Below, one piece after another: positions 13,200 through 23,560 of a stretch of 64,000 nucleotides of DNA; within the stretch, counting starts at the first letter, position 1; every line of letters starts with the position of its first letter. The position numbers and the translations under genes were made by a program. The notes below the pieces were generated by a model. It had not been told where the DNA came from and ran no database searches. It was given only the letters and a program-made list of their open reading frames with translations. This DNA is from Octopus sinensis (lineage: Eukaryota), in contig NC_043010.1 of assembly GCF_006345805.1 (NCBI RefSeq), forward strand, positions 40,982,001-41,046,000. Direction: 5' to 3'.

Positions 13200-13495
13200 A
13201 TCACGTGATCATGTGACCGACCAGACCATCAGATGTTGTTACACATCGCTGGTCACAATGCGTTTCGCATTGTTTTAGCCTTCGAATGACGCCACCCCGC
13301 TGGCTAAGCGAGCAGGCCAACAGAAGAAAGTTGTGGCGAAAGAGTACAGCAAGGATCACCACCCCCTGCCGGAGCCTCGTGAAGCTTTAGGTGTTTTCGC
13401 TCAATAAACACACACAACGCCCGGTCTGGGAATCGAAACCGCGATCCTGCGACCACGTGTCCGCTGCCCTAAACACTGGGCCATTGCGCCTCCAC
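13200..13495 (-). mobile_element. tRNA-derived SINE, family C
   Basis: The minus strand begins GGAGGCGCAATGGCCCAGTGTTTAGGGCAGCGGAC...GGTTTCGATTCCCAGACC, with A-box and B-box-like motifs. Confidence 0.75.
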
Positions 13496-13517
13496 ATATA
13501 TATATATATATATATAC

Positions 13518-13557
<40 letters not shown>

Positions 13558-13587
13558 AATATACAAATTTATATATATATATATATG

Positions 13588-13790
13588 TTGATTCGTTAGC
13601 TACTGCACGCATTTTTTTTCTCTCCTTCTTTCTGTGTTTTTCTCTCTCTGTGTATCTTTCTGTTGAAGAGCGTAGGCTCGAAACGTTAAAGACTTGTTTT
13701 ATTTATATTTCCTGAGCGCCATACTAATACAATTGTTCGTTTGTTTTCCACCTGCCTTCGTCTTTTGTTTATTTTCATAAAGCTTCCCGT
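13588..13790 (+). mobile_element. Short non-autonomous repeat (family E) carrying a Penelope-type minimal hammerhead fold
   Basis: Homologous to 26905-27085 (minus); contains TCTTT-CTGTTGA-A-GAGCGTAGGCTC-GAAA-CGTT-AAAGA at 13655-13692. Confidence 0.65.
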
Positions 13791-13829
13791 TATATATATA
13801 TATATATATATATATACAAATTTATATAT

Positions 13830-13884
<55 letters not shown>

Positions 13885-14584
13885 GTATGCATACATGTAA
13901 AGACATGCGTATATGCCCTTCCATATATTTACGTGTGTATATTTTTACATATATATATATATATTACGGGCACGCATACATATGTGTGCGTTCCTGTAAT
14001 ATCTTTCCATGTATCATACACGAAACTGAGTACGACGTAGAAATACTTCAAATTTGCTTTTTTATTCTTGGTACCTTTATCCCTGTGCGGTTGGAAGATA
14101 GTAACCTGTAGTTTTCGCAGATCTTTTACTTAATATGGAAGTCTAATGTTATGAAATTATTAGTTAGCAGTAAACATTGCAGAAAAAACCCAGTATTTTG
14201 AAATCAAGCTTCCAATATGTAAGCGTACATTTTATAAGAATATGCTGCATGTGCCGGAATAGAAGTGCACAGAACAAAGAAATGTAGAAGCAGGAACATT
14301 TCATAGTATTGTACAACAAACGAGAATGATACTGTGCGAATGAATACAGAAAATAGGAAATGTTTACTGGAGTGTAAATATTCGAATATGCCTGAAAAAG
14401 GCAGTTAAGAAACAAAATCCTGATAAGGTTTTCTTTGTGTCAGAATAACATGGATTTTACGATAAACAAACATGTATGTAAGAGAATATATTAAATGAAA
14501 CAATCGAAAGAAAAACGGAAGAACACACACACACATTACATATATGTATGAATGTATGTATGTATGTATGTATGTATAATATGT

Positions 14585-15140
14585 CAGGTCACTTTCGAGT
14601 GCTACTGGTAACATGCGACCCAGTACCTGTTGTATGGTCGGGTCGTCGGTGACAAAACCGGCACCAGCTTGCTTGGTGAGGAGGGTGTTTATTGGACACT
14701 CTGCGGGATGAAAAACGAAACCCGTCAAAGGGCGGAGGAACTCTTGAGAGTCAACGGCCATCCAATAAATGTCTTAAGGCTGTATCATGCGCGGGGACAT
14801 AGAAATAATCGGACTGAATACCCGATCGCGCGGTTAAACCATTGGGAATGAAGGACTCCTAGCCTTTGTTAGGGCATCCTTCAGGGGAAGGTAACTCGGG
14901 TAACTGGGATAACACCGACATAAAACCTACGGCCCGGTGGTTACCGATGATGTTGACTTGTTCTTCTTTTCGGATTATGGCTACTGTTGCTTTGTGAGTG
15001 GGATTGACTCAGTGCACAGTCTTTCCTCACTTTAAAAAAAAATCTTCTTGCACAGGCATTGCACGATAACAACATTGATTAAGCTTCGCGCAATGGCCAT
15101 ACTCGATAACGAGGGGGAAGCTACCATGTATGTATAAAGT
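14585..15140 (+). mobile_element. GC-balanced, highly base-paired interspersed repeat, possibly the 5' UTR of an RTE-type LINE
   Basis: Sharp compositional boundary after a (TATG)n run; several stems (TTTATTGGA 14688-14696 with TCCAATAAA 14761-14769; GACCC/GGGTC; CGGG/CCCG); no credible ORF. The family assignment is tentative. Confidence 0.4.
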
Positions 15141-15467
15141 CATAAGTGACAGAGGAATAGTTTGATGAAATTTCATTTGACAATAACAAAATTCTAATAT
15201 CACGACAAATTGTTTCGTAACTTAAACACATGTAAATAATTTATATCATATCTAATAATAAATAAATTACTTGAATATCTGCATTAATGAAGGGTATTTT
15301 GCATTAATGCAGACATGTAAGCACCTAATATTTTTTTGAAGAATTAAATTCATAAAATGATAGGTCTAAATATAAATCTTCGTTTATAAATACTCAAAGG
15401 AAAATTAAGAAAATGGAGATAGAGCATCAATATAATTTATTTTCAGCAAAAGTCTAACATATTCTCC

Positions 15468-15732
15468 CACAGCTGTTTTAATTAAGCCTAAAAGATTAAA
15501 CAGCAATAATGAAATCATTATATTAGGCAAAATCTCATCAGGGGGCAGAAGATATACCGTTAGGTTATTAGGTGTTGTGTTTTCGAGTCATCTCACCAGT
15601 CTGCTGAGATGATTCGAAAACACAACACCTAATAACCTAACGGTATATCTTTTACACTCTGATGAGGTTTTGCCTAATATAATGATTTCCTTATTGGTAT
15701 TTATTCTTTTAGGCTTAATTAAAACACCTGTG
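15468..15732. repeat. Long palindrome: two 128-bp arms with a 9-nt spacer (foldback/MITE-like)
   Basis: 15468-15595 is the near-perfect reverse complement of 15605-15732; loop CCAGTCTGC. Confidence 0.92.
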
Positions 15733-15778
15733 AGATTTTTTGCAGAAAATAAATTATATTAATGCTATCTCCATTTTC

Positions 15779-15810
<32 letters not shown>

Positions 15811-15954
15811 CACACACATATATAGTGCGAGGGGGATTTGAGGACACTTAACGCGCAGCATATTACCTCTCTTCAAACCAATTAAAATGCTTTTATTTCT
15901 TTCAGATTCCCCAATGGCGGATAAAATGTAACACAAAAAATGCAAGGACATGTA

Positions 15955-16430
15955 GTTATTTCTATATGCGCAGAACACAACGATTTAAAATTCGCCAGAT
16001 TTATAAATGATACAACATTTTTTGTACACAATGCTGGAAGCCTCTGATACAATTATTTCAATTGTAAAGAAAAGAAAAGAACTATTGTTAACATTTAGAC
16101 ACTATATGAATGCAACTATTCATTCAGCGAATTCAAAACATTATCAATGATGATCCTGGAAAATCAATGAAGGCCACGGACAAACAATTTCAGAAGTTGG
16201 GGTGGACTTTTGGAACTTTGGTACACAAGGAAGTTTGATATTAGTCGTATTTACTGAGAAGACAATTCATATCTGCTGAGATACGGGAAAACCGTTTGAT
16301 CCATGCTAGGCAGTTATTAACAAAGGTTAAAAACTCTCACGGACATGGCATGCGTTAATTCTTTTTTCTGATGAAAAAAACTTCAATTAAAATCGAAAGT
16401 CTAACAGGAGAAATGAGAAAGAGTTACGGG
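15955..16430 (+). mobile_element. Decayed Tc1/mariner (maT-like) transposase fragment
   Basis: Frameshifted translations FIQRIQNIINDDPGKSMKA, QFISAEIRENRLIHARQLL and FFSDEKNF (first catalytic Asp motif). Confidence 0.7.
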
Positions 16431-17416
16431 TTCGAAAATGCCTCGAGCATACTTGAATTGGTAAGGAATTTATAAAATTTAAAATGGCCTAAATGATGGT
16501 CAAATAACTACGTCCTCTACGAGCCCATGATGGACTCGTTTCGATTCCACTTCGTGATAACTTTCAAATTTCTTTGTCTATATATTCAAGTCGATCAAAT
16601 ACTTATTAGTAAAACAGGGTAGACAGAAACTGCATGGAATCCTGAAAGGTAGACAGAGTATAGGCAGTGTCCGGAATTTAATGGTTATATCTTAGAAATA
16701 CGGCTTTGGAATTTAAAAATTACGGCTTTGAAATACATTCTGTATGGGGATTTCGTTAAGGGTACAGGTGTCTGAGGTATACTCAACCACTTACTGTGTA
16801 ACTTAAGGAGTGGGTGTTTCCGGGGTTCGAACGTCAGAAATAGTCTGTCGAAATTGACAGATGATTCGTTTGTTTCTTTTATAGGTATAACTAAGTTATA
16901 GACACACACATGTATACATGTAGACACAAACACATATACATACACACCCATATATATATGCGTGTATAAATATATGTGTGTGTAAATATATGTGTATAAA
17001 TATATGTGTGTGTGCTGCATCTGTACACCATACGCATTCACAGACTGAACACTTTATTGAAACAAACTGCCAGAGGACAAACACGGTGTGATAGCAAGAT
17101 GAAGATCTGTCATAATACAATGAGGAAAGGAAAAAAAGAGCGTACGCTAAAGCAAAGACTGGGGAAAAAAATTATCTGCAGCACTGTTGTTGACTTATTC
17201 AAAGCACTCTTAATTATCTTTTGTTAATGAAGTGTAGTAGCAGACTAACAAAGTAGTTATATATTGTGAAGTCACGATGCAAATACAGATTATTACTGTT
17301 TTGTCTAAGTGTGTGAGATGTCGGAAATGACACAGAATCAAATGAATATGAATGATGAGAAAGCAAACAGTATCTTAACAATATAATAGCGTACAATGTG
17401 TAACATGATATCAATG

Positions 17417-18577
17417 CAGGTTGTCCCAAAAATATGTACACACTTTAACTCAATTTGCGTTTTTCTTTTTCTTTAGATTTAACATATTAGAAATAATGAA
17501 AGAAGCCAGACTAATCTTCAAACAAAGGAAATTTATCCGAAAGTGCTATAGGAAATATGGAAACACATTCGAAATACAAAGACAGTTTGGAGACGGGCGT
17601 CAATCAAACAGATCTAGCAAAGTGGCTTACCATCATTCGAATTAGAAATAAGTTTGAAGTCCTCAAGAAACGTTTGGTATGACCTTGGACACCGACGAGC
17701 CCCACAAGACAAGAAATGGTACAAAAAGGGAATTGCCAAAGTTTGAGAAAATCTGTGCAGCAAAACAGTCATTAGAAGAGATACATTCCAAAAATAGTCC
17801 ATGTTCTCAGTGAAGATGATGCGGGCTCAGAGTAGAGTTTCGCTTGTGCATTTAGTAAAATCTGTAGAAGATGCACACTTTCTGACAAAGATTGTTCGGA
17901 TTGATGTGGGGACATTTTAAAGTAAATCTGCTATTGCACCTACTGGAAATATAGGAATTTTAAGGAAGAACATGGAACTTTTATGGAAGAACAATGTTAA
18001 TTTATCAGGAGTTACAGTAGAGTGATGCTTATCATCAAAAGGATTAATTGGACCGCTCTTTTTTGACAATACAGTAACTATTTACTTGAACTTGCAGCGA
18101 AAATCTCTCAAGTATTCGAAATGACTTTGAAGATGAGGAGTTTTACCTTTAGCAACATAGGATGCACCAGGATTACTATAGTAATGTAAGGGTCTAAATT
18201 GATGAGATTTTGCCAAACAGATGGATTGAATGAGGAGGTTCATTAGAATAGCATCCATGTCCACCGAACGGTTCAAAACTAAACATTTTTTTTTTATGGA
18301 GATACTTGAAAGATGAATTTTAAGGTAGAAAATAGTCAACAATTGAGGGTAGCCATCGAACGAGAATGCGCACAAATGCTGAATGCAATGTTTCTGGAAC
18401 ATTTTCGATTTCAATGCTTTGCGTTCTAAGCAGTTGCTAAACTAGACCAGTCATCAGTATGGAAACAGGTGTTCACAGAGAAATTAAATTCCGTCAGTAT
18501 TGTCTATTAAAAGTTTGGAAATAAAATCCATTATGATAAGCATCCAATGTGCGTACACATTTTTTTAGGACATCCTG
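17417..18577 (+). mobile_element. Near full-length, decayed Tc1/mariner DNA transposon (1161 bp)
   Basis: TIRs CAGGTTGTCCCAAAAATATGTACAC (left) and CAGGATGTCCTAAAAAAATGTGTAC (right, reverse complement), with TA at 18578-18579; internal remnants RKFIRKCYRKYGNTFEIQRQF, GLIGPLFFDNTVT, DEILPNRWI and FLWRYLKDE with many stops and frameshifts. Confidence 0.88.
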
Positions 18578-18939
18578 TATATTACAATGCTTTTTTTCCA
18601 TAGGTACAAGGTACACAAATGTTCAGCTATACTTGATTGGAGCTTGTTTTGTAGATGACAGAAGACTGAGAGTAACGTAGCGGTTCGGCAAAAGAGAACC
18701 GATATAAGTACCAGACTTGAAAGTATTGGAGTCGAATCATTCCACTAAAAATTCTTCAAGGAAGTGCTCAAGCATGACCGCAGTTAAACGACAGAAACAA
18801 AAAGATCAAAATAAAGGAACTTCACTCATAAAACACTAAGATTTACTGGTTAAAAATATTTGAAGAGCATCCTTTCATTATTAGTAAGAGTTAAGCGAGC
18901 TTAAGATAACACAGGGTCCAAGGGTAGAGTTGTTATGTA

Positions 18940-19770
18940 GCATGTTTGTGTGATGGACAGCTGCGATGAGATAGGTTAGTGCCTCAAAGAGATTAGGTTT
19001 AAAGGTTAGAAAGAAATCAAGGCTAATCGTAATGTCTGTGTCGGTCAGAAATGCTTGCGAGGATGGTACAAATTGACATGGAGAATTACTAAAGAGTTGG
19101 CTTCCACAGCAGCAGCATAATAGGAAGAGTTCAAGAGCACGAGGGGTTGTGAGCTTTGAAATCATATAGGATAATGACTTCGTGAAAGAAGGAAGTGAGA
19201 AATATGTCCTCAATATAGGAGGTCTGATTAAATAGTTACTGGTAATAGGGAGTTAAGAGAGTATAGATTGTTAGTATGAGGTGGTGAGTATAACTTAGGT
19301 TGGAACGAAGTCCGAAGATTTTAAAGAAGAGAATGGAAAATTGATCAGAGGAAACGTAAACGTTGACTAAGCGTCAGTAGGTCACAGTAACTCTGTCCAA
19401 TGTATGGTTTGAATGCTTGAAGCAGAAGGAATTCCGCTAAAGGCTGATGGCCCGGCTGCTAATCCAAGGGTTGCTTTTAACAAGGATTTTGGAGAGAAGT
19501 GGAGTAAGTTAGATATGTTAGTAGTTCAAGGATTTAGAAAAGCGACGCAAAAAGTGAATGTATTTGGATCAGTGGAAGAGGGGGACATAGAGCCAGAGTA
19601 GCTGGAAGCTTTTCTTGGTGTCCAAGCGAATAGTAAGAGAGTGGATTCTATGTAATAGGGATCACCATTTCTCAGAGAGAGATTCATGTGAATAGTATAG
19701 CCTGGACAGTAGACTAATGGACAGAGTTCAGAGTATTGTGCTTCGGACATGAATGCAATATGTGGTTTGC
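18940..19770 (-). mobile_element. Decayed apurinic-like endonuclease domain fragments of a CR1/Jockey-group LINE
   Basis: Minus-strand motifs KPHIAFMSEAQ, FCVAFLNP, ILFFKIFGLRSNL, EVIILYDFKAH and LDFFLTFKP resemble the recalled KPHLLFLTETQ, GLRSN, GDFN.H and LDLFLT motifs. Confidence 0.55.
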
Positions 19771-20310
19771 ATGTTATTGAGAGTATATATCATGTGTGTG
19801 TATGTAATTGAGTGTGTGCGATTTTTATGTTTGCGTGTGTGTATTCCCTATTTGGAGAGTAATTTACAGAGCTAGTTGGGGAGAGATTCACATAGAACTG
19901 AAGCAGAATAAGGTCTTTAAAACGAAAAACAAAACAAAACAAAATAATATGACATGCTCTATTTCCTGAATTGTTCAGTTATTCTAAATTGTATATTTGA
20001 ATGCCTTGTCCTTAGGAATAAGCATACAGTAGGTAGGTAGGTAGGCAGGCAGGTAGGGACAGAGAGACAGACAGATAGATAACACATACAAAATCACATT
20101 GTGTATAAGAAAGAGAGAGAGATCATTTGTCCCATATGGAAATACTAAGTTTAAGACCTATAATAATACTTATGAGTTTAAATATTTCAGGCTTCTTTCA
20201 ATTTCCATTTGTATTGTTTGCTTAAATTATTCTTTTAATGTACTTTCCAAACTTTCTTTTTCTCCCCTCATTCTCTACCTTCACTCGTTATTCTTTAAAA
20301 CAAGCATTAA

Positions 20311-20340
20311 TATTATTTTCTTTTGTTTTTCTCTTTACAG
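20311..20340 (+). promoter_or_regulatory. Candidate 3' splice acceptor for the GPCR coding exon (5' UTR intron)
   Basis: TATTATTTTCTTTTGTTTTTCTCTTTACAG ending at 20340, preceded by a long pyrimidine-rich stretch from about 20230; it lies 705 nt upstream of the ATG. Confidence 0.55.
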
Positions 20341-20547
20341 TTTGAAAGTCTCAGAAAATTTTGTGAAGCAAGTCTAAACCTACAACTACTATTACTACTA
20401 CTACTACTACTAATAGTACATACCAGTGCTGGAAGTTCAGAGATCTAATTTGATGAGATCATGAGTTAAGATGCTGCTCCATATTAAATCTGAACATTGT
20501 TCATGACACTGAACGTATAGTTTCAAATATTGATACAGTCATTTAGC

Positions 20548-20612
<65 letters not shown>

Positions 20613-21045
20613 TATATATATATTCATGAAAGATTCAACTGGAATAGGCTTATATTTAAACCTATTAAACACAGAAATATAGCATAACATACGTTATATA
20701 GAAAACACACGTATAATATACAATATCCAAACATTTACTTATGTAAAGATATATGTATGTGTGCGTGTGTGTATGTAGGTATGTATGTTGGTGAGATTCA
20801 ACAGAAATAGGCTTATATATAAGCCTATTAGGCATAGAAATATAGCCACAATATACGTCATACATACATTAAACGCATTACATATGTATGTAAAATTAAA
20901 TAATATATATTTATTTATCTATAATTGAAATATAAAGGAAGGCTAAAAAGTGAATCGGACTTCCTACCGTCCAAAAGGTTTTGTTGAGGCCTTTTTTCCC
21001 CCACAATCATTTTCTATTGATATTGACTTTGTATCAAACGAAATC

Positions 21046-22287
21046 ATGTCAGCCAATGGAAACCCCGGATTACCGGGCTCAATTGATTTTCTACCAGAGG
21101 GCTGTAATGTCACTGAAGATGACATCCTGATAAAAAGCTCCGTACAAGGACTGTACGAATTCAGCGAACGCTACGCCGAGATACACGGATATGTGAGCGC
21201 CATAGTATGTACATTCGGTTTCATGGCGAATTTGGCAAACATTGTGTGCCTAACTCGGCGAAATATGATCTCACCGACCAATTTAATCTTGACGTGGCTT
21301 GCCGTAGCTGACATGTTGACGATGATGTCTTATTTCCCATTTGCCCTTCATTACTACATTCTCCGTGACAGAGACATTCCACGCTTGCACACACGTAGCT
21401 ACGGCTGGATTGTGCTCTTATTGTTCCATGCCAATTTTACCATTGTAACACACACCATTGCCATTGGACTTACTATAGCATTGGCAATATTTCGATATAT
21501 ATACATTTGTTTTCCCGTCAGGGGCAGTGAACTTTGCAGCATAAAACGTTCCAAGCAGACCATTTTAATTGTACACCTGAGCACAATAGTCGTTTGTATT
21601 CCAAACTATATTTTAAATACCATCGAAGAATCTCCTCCAACCGGCCAATTTTACAGATATGTTCCCACAAGAAGTAACCTCTCTGAACTAAGCAACGTCA
21701 GTTCGATTCCCAGCCAGGAATACAGCTACAAGATAGGTACGAGCAGCTATATGTTCTCACACATCATTCAAACTATAAACAATTGGGTGCAGGCCATTCT
21801 CATCAAGCTGGTGCCGTGCGTCACTCTTACCATTCTTACCATCATGCTCATTGTGGTGATGCATAAAGCCTACAAAAAGAGAATGAAGCTGAAGTCTCAA
21901 GGACGCAAAGATGAATCGGACCGCCATGGAGAACACAATCGAACCACTGGAATGCTATTGGCGGTTGTAATGCTGTTTCTATTGACTGAACTACCGCAAG
22001 GAATATTAACACTTCTAAGTAGCTTCATCGACAACTTTTTTCCCTGCGTCTACATGCCTCTTGGAGACGTCCTTGATATCATGGCACTCTGTAATAATGC
22101 TATTAATTTTGTACTCTACTGTACTATGAGTCGCCTGTTCCGCGAGACATTCGTGGCGACGTTCTTCAACTGCTGTCCGCAAAGACCAGGTTGGTTGAAG
22201 TTGAAGCTCATTACGGCCACTCAGTCTAGTAATACAGCCACAACAGTAAATAACCATAGCAACAACACAAAGACGACCAACGTGTAA
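21046..22287 (+). CDS. Intronless class A (rhodopsin-like) peptide GPCR, myosuppressin receptor / DMSR-1-like (probable molluscan myomodulin-receptor-type), 413 aa
   Basis: Open frame with seven hydrophobic segments. TM1 HGYVSAIVCTFGFMAN, ICL1/TM2 LTRRNMISPTNLILTWLAVADML, TM3 HTIAIGLTIALAIFRY (FRY in place of DRY), TM5 KLVPC, TM6 RTTGMLLAVVMLFLLTELPQG and TM7 DIMALCNNAINFVLYCTMS closely follow insect myosuppressin receptors and C. elegans DMSR-1 as recalled. The first ATG is at 21046 (the track ORF starts at GTG 20950); N-glycosylation sequon NVT in the N-terminus; stop TAA 22285-22287. Confidence 0.93.
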   Translation: MSANGNPGLPGSIDFLPEGCNVTEDDILIKSSVQGLYEFSERYAEIHGYVSAIVCTFGFMANLANIVCLTRRNMISPTNLILTWLAVADMLTMMSYFPFALHYYILRDRDIPRLHTRSYGWIVLLLFHANFTIVTHTIAIGLTIALAIFRYIYICFPVRGSELCSIKRSKQTILIVHLSTIVVCIPNYILNTIEESPPTGQFYRYVPTRSNLSELSNVSSIPSQEYSYKIGTSSYMFSHIIQTINNWVQAILIKLVPCVTLTILTIMLIVVMHKAYKKRMKLKSQGRKDESDRHGEHNRTTGMLLAVVMLFLLTELPQGILTLLSSFIDNFFPCVYMPLGDVLDIMALCNNAINFVLYCTMSRLFRETFVATFFNCCPQRPGWLKLKLITATQSSNTATTVNNHSNNTKTTNV

Positions 22288-22331
22288 AATTTTCATTTTA
22301 AAAAGTACACAAAATATGGGAAAATGAATGA

Positions 22332-22342
22332 AATAAAATAAA
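22332..22342 (+). promoter_or_regulatory. Candidate polyadenylation signals (overlapping AATAAA x2)
   Basis: AATAAAATAAA 45 nt after the stop codon; further AATAAA at 22395-22400 and 22713-22718. In AT-rich DNA these can occur by chance. Confidence 0.3.
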
Positions 22343-22600
22343 GTACTATAGAAGTAATGTGGAAACAATGTGAAAACTGTACAATCTGGAAAATAATAAA
22401 TGGAGATGGAGAAAGAAAAGAAATATGCCTATTTGGCTTAATGTGACTACACCGTGACGAGGGAAATCCACCCTCTGACTATCACACATCATATATAGAG
22501 AGACAATTGAGAGATATGCCACTGAGATATATCATACATATTTCAAATATCAGAAAATAATACTAACTTCAGCATATTCTGACTACAATATTTATCGAAA

Positions 22601-22975
22601 GAAGATCATTACGATTAATTACCCCTAGTAACCCAGCCACCACAGTGAATAACCATAGAAAGGTGACCAACGTTAAATTTCTAAGTTCTAAGAAGAAAAA
22701 AGTTTAACAATGAATAAAATACAAAAAAAACAAATCTTTTAAAATGACAATTTTGAAAATGATAATTTTGAAAATGATAATTTGGGAAGCGAAAACAAAA
22801 AGAGGAATAAGAATGTCCATTACCTCACATTGATATCTTGTTGCGAGCAGTTTGGCCATTGAGGGTAAAACAGAAATGATCAGAGAATATTGAAAAATAT
22901 GCCACTAAGAAGATATGTGACCAATATCTTAAAACGTGTGAATTTAGTGAACGATAACTTCACCACAATGTAACA
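22601..22975 (+). repeat. Diverged tandem duplicate of the GPCR C-terminal coding end plus proximal 3' UTR (source about 22203-22575)
   Basis: GAAGATCATTACG...CTAGTAACCCAGCCACCACAGTGAATAACCATAG...GACCAACGT matches GAAGCTCATTACG...CTAGTAATACAGCCACAACAGTAAATAACCATAG...GACCAACGT; ATATGCCACT and TAACTTCA anchors also recur at an offset of about 390-400 bp. Confidence 0.8.
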
Positions 22976-22989
22976 GTACAAGGACTAAA

Positions 22990-23248
22990 ATGTACACATG
23001 TACACAGTGTTAGTAGTTATATATATTTATATGTATATAAATATACACACACACACACATATATATATACACACACATATATATATATATATACAGTCAT
23101 ATATATATACATATATATATATACAAACATATACATATACAGTCATATATATATACATATATATATATACACACATATACATATACAGTCATATATATAT
23201 ATACACATATATATACACACATATACATATATATACACATATACAGTC

Positions 23249-23281
<33 letters not shown>

Positions 23282-23282
23282 G

Positions 23283-23318
<36 letters not shown>

Positions 23319-23560
23319 GCATATATATACACACATATACATATACAGTCATATATATACACATATTTACATATACACATATACATACACACATATATAT
23401 GCATACACATGCAGATATACATATATACAGATATACCTATGTATACATGCACACACATGCATACGCACACATAGACACACGTACTTATATACACACACGT
23501 ACATATGCACAGACGTGCATATGTACATGCATGCACACACACACACATACACACACGAAA
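22990..23560. repeat. Compound (TA)/(CA) microsatellite with recurring CATATACAGTCATATATA units
   Basis: Direct reading. Confidence 0.92.

Noticed and set aside
15659-15685. CTGATGA-GG(TTTTG)CC in the palindrome arm as a hammerhead
   Set aside because: It is followed by TAATA, not GAAA, in both arms; helices I and III are absent.
20950-21045. GTG start giving a 445-aa version of the GPCR
   Set aside because: GTG initiation is rare in animals. The in-frame ATG at 21046 gives a normal-length N-terminus with a glycosylation sequon.
22189-22710. Alternative splicing from the CDS into the duplicated tail
   Set aside because: The only plausible donor joined to the nearby AG acceptors yields early stops, and there is no polypyrimidine tract.
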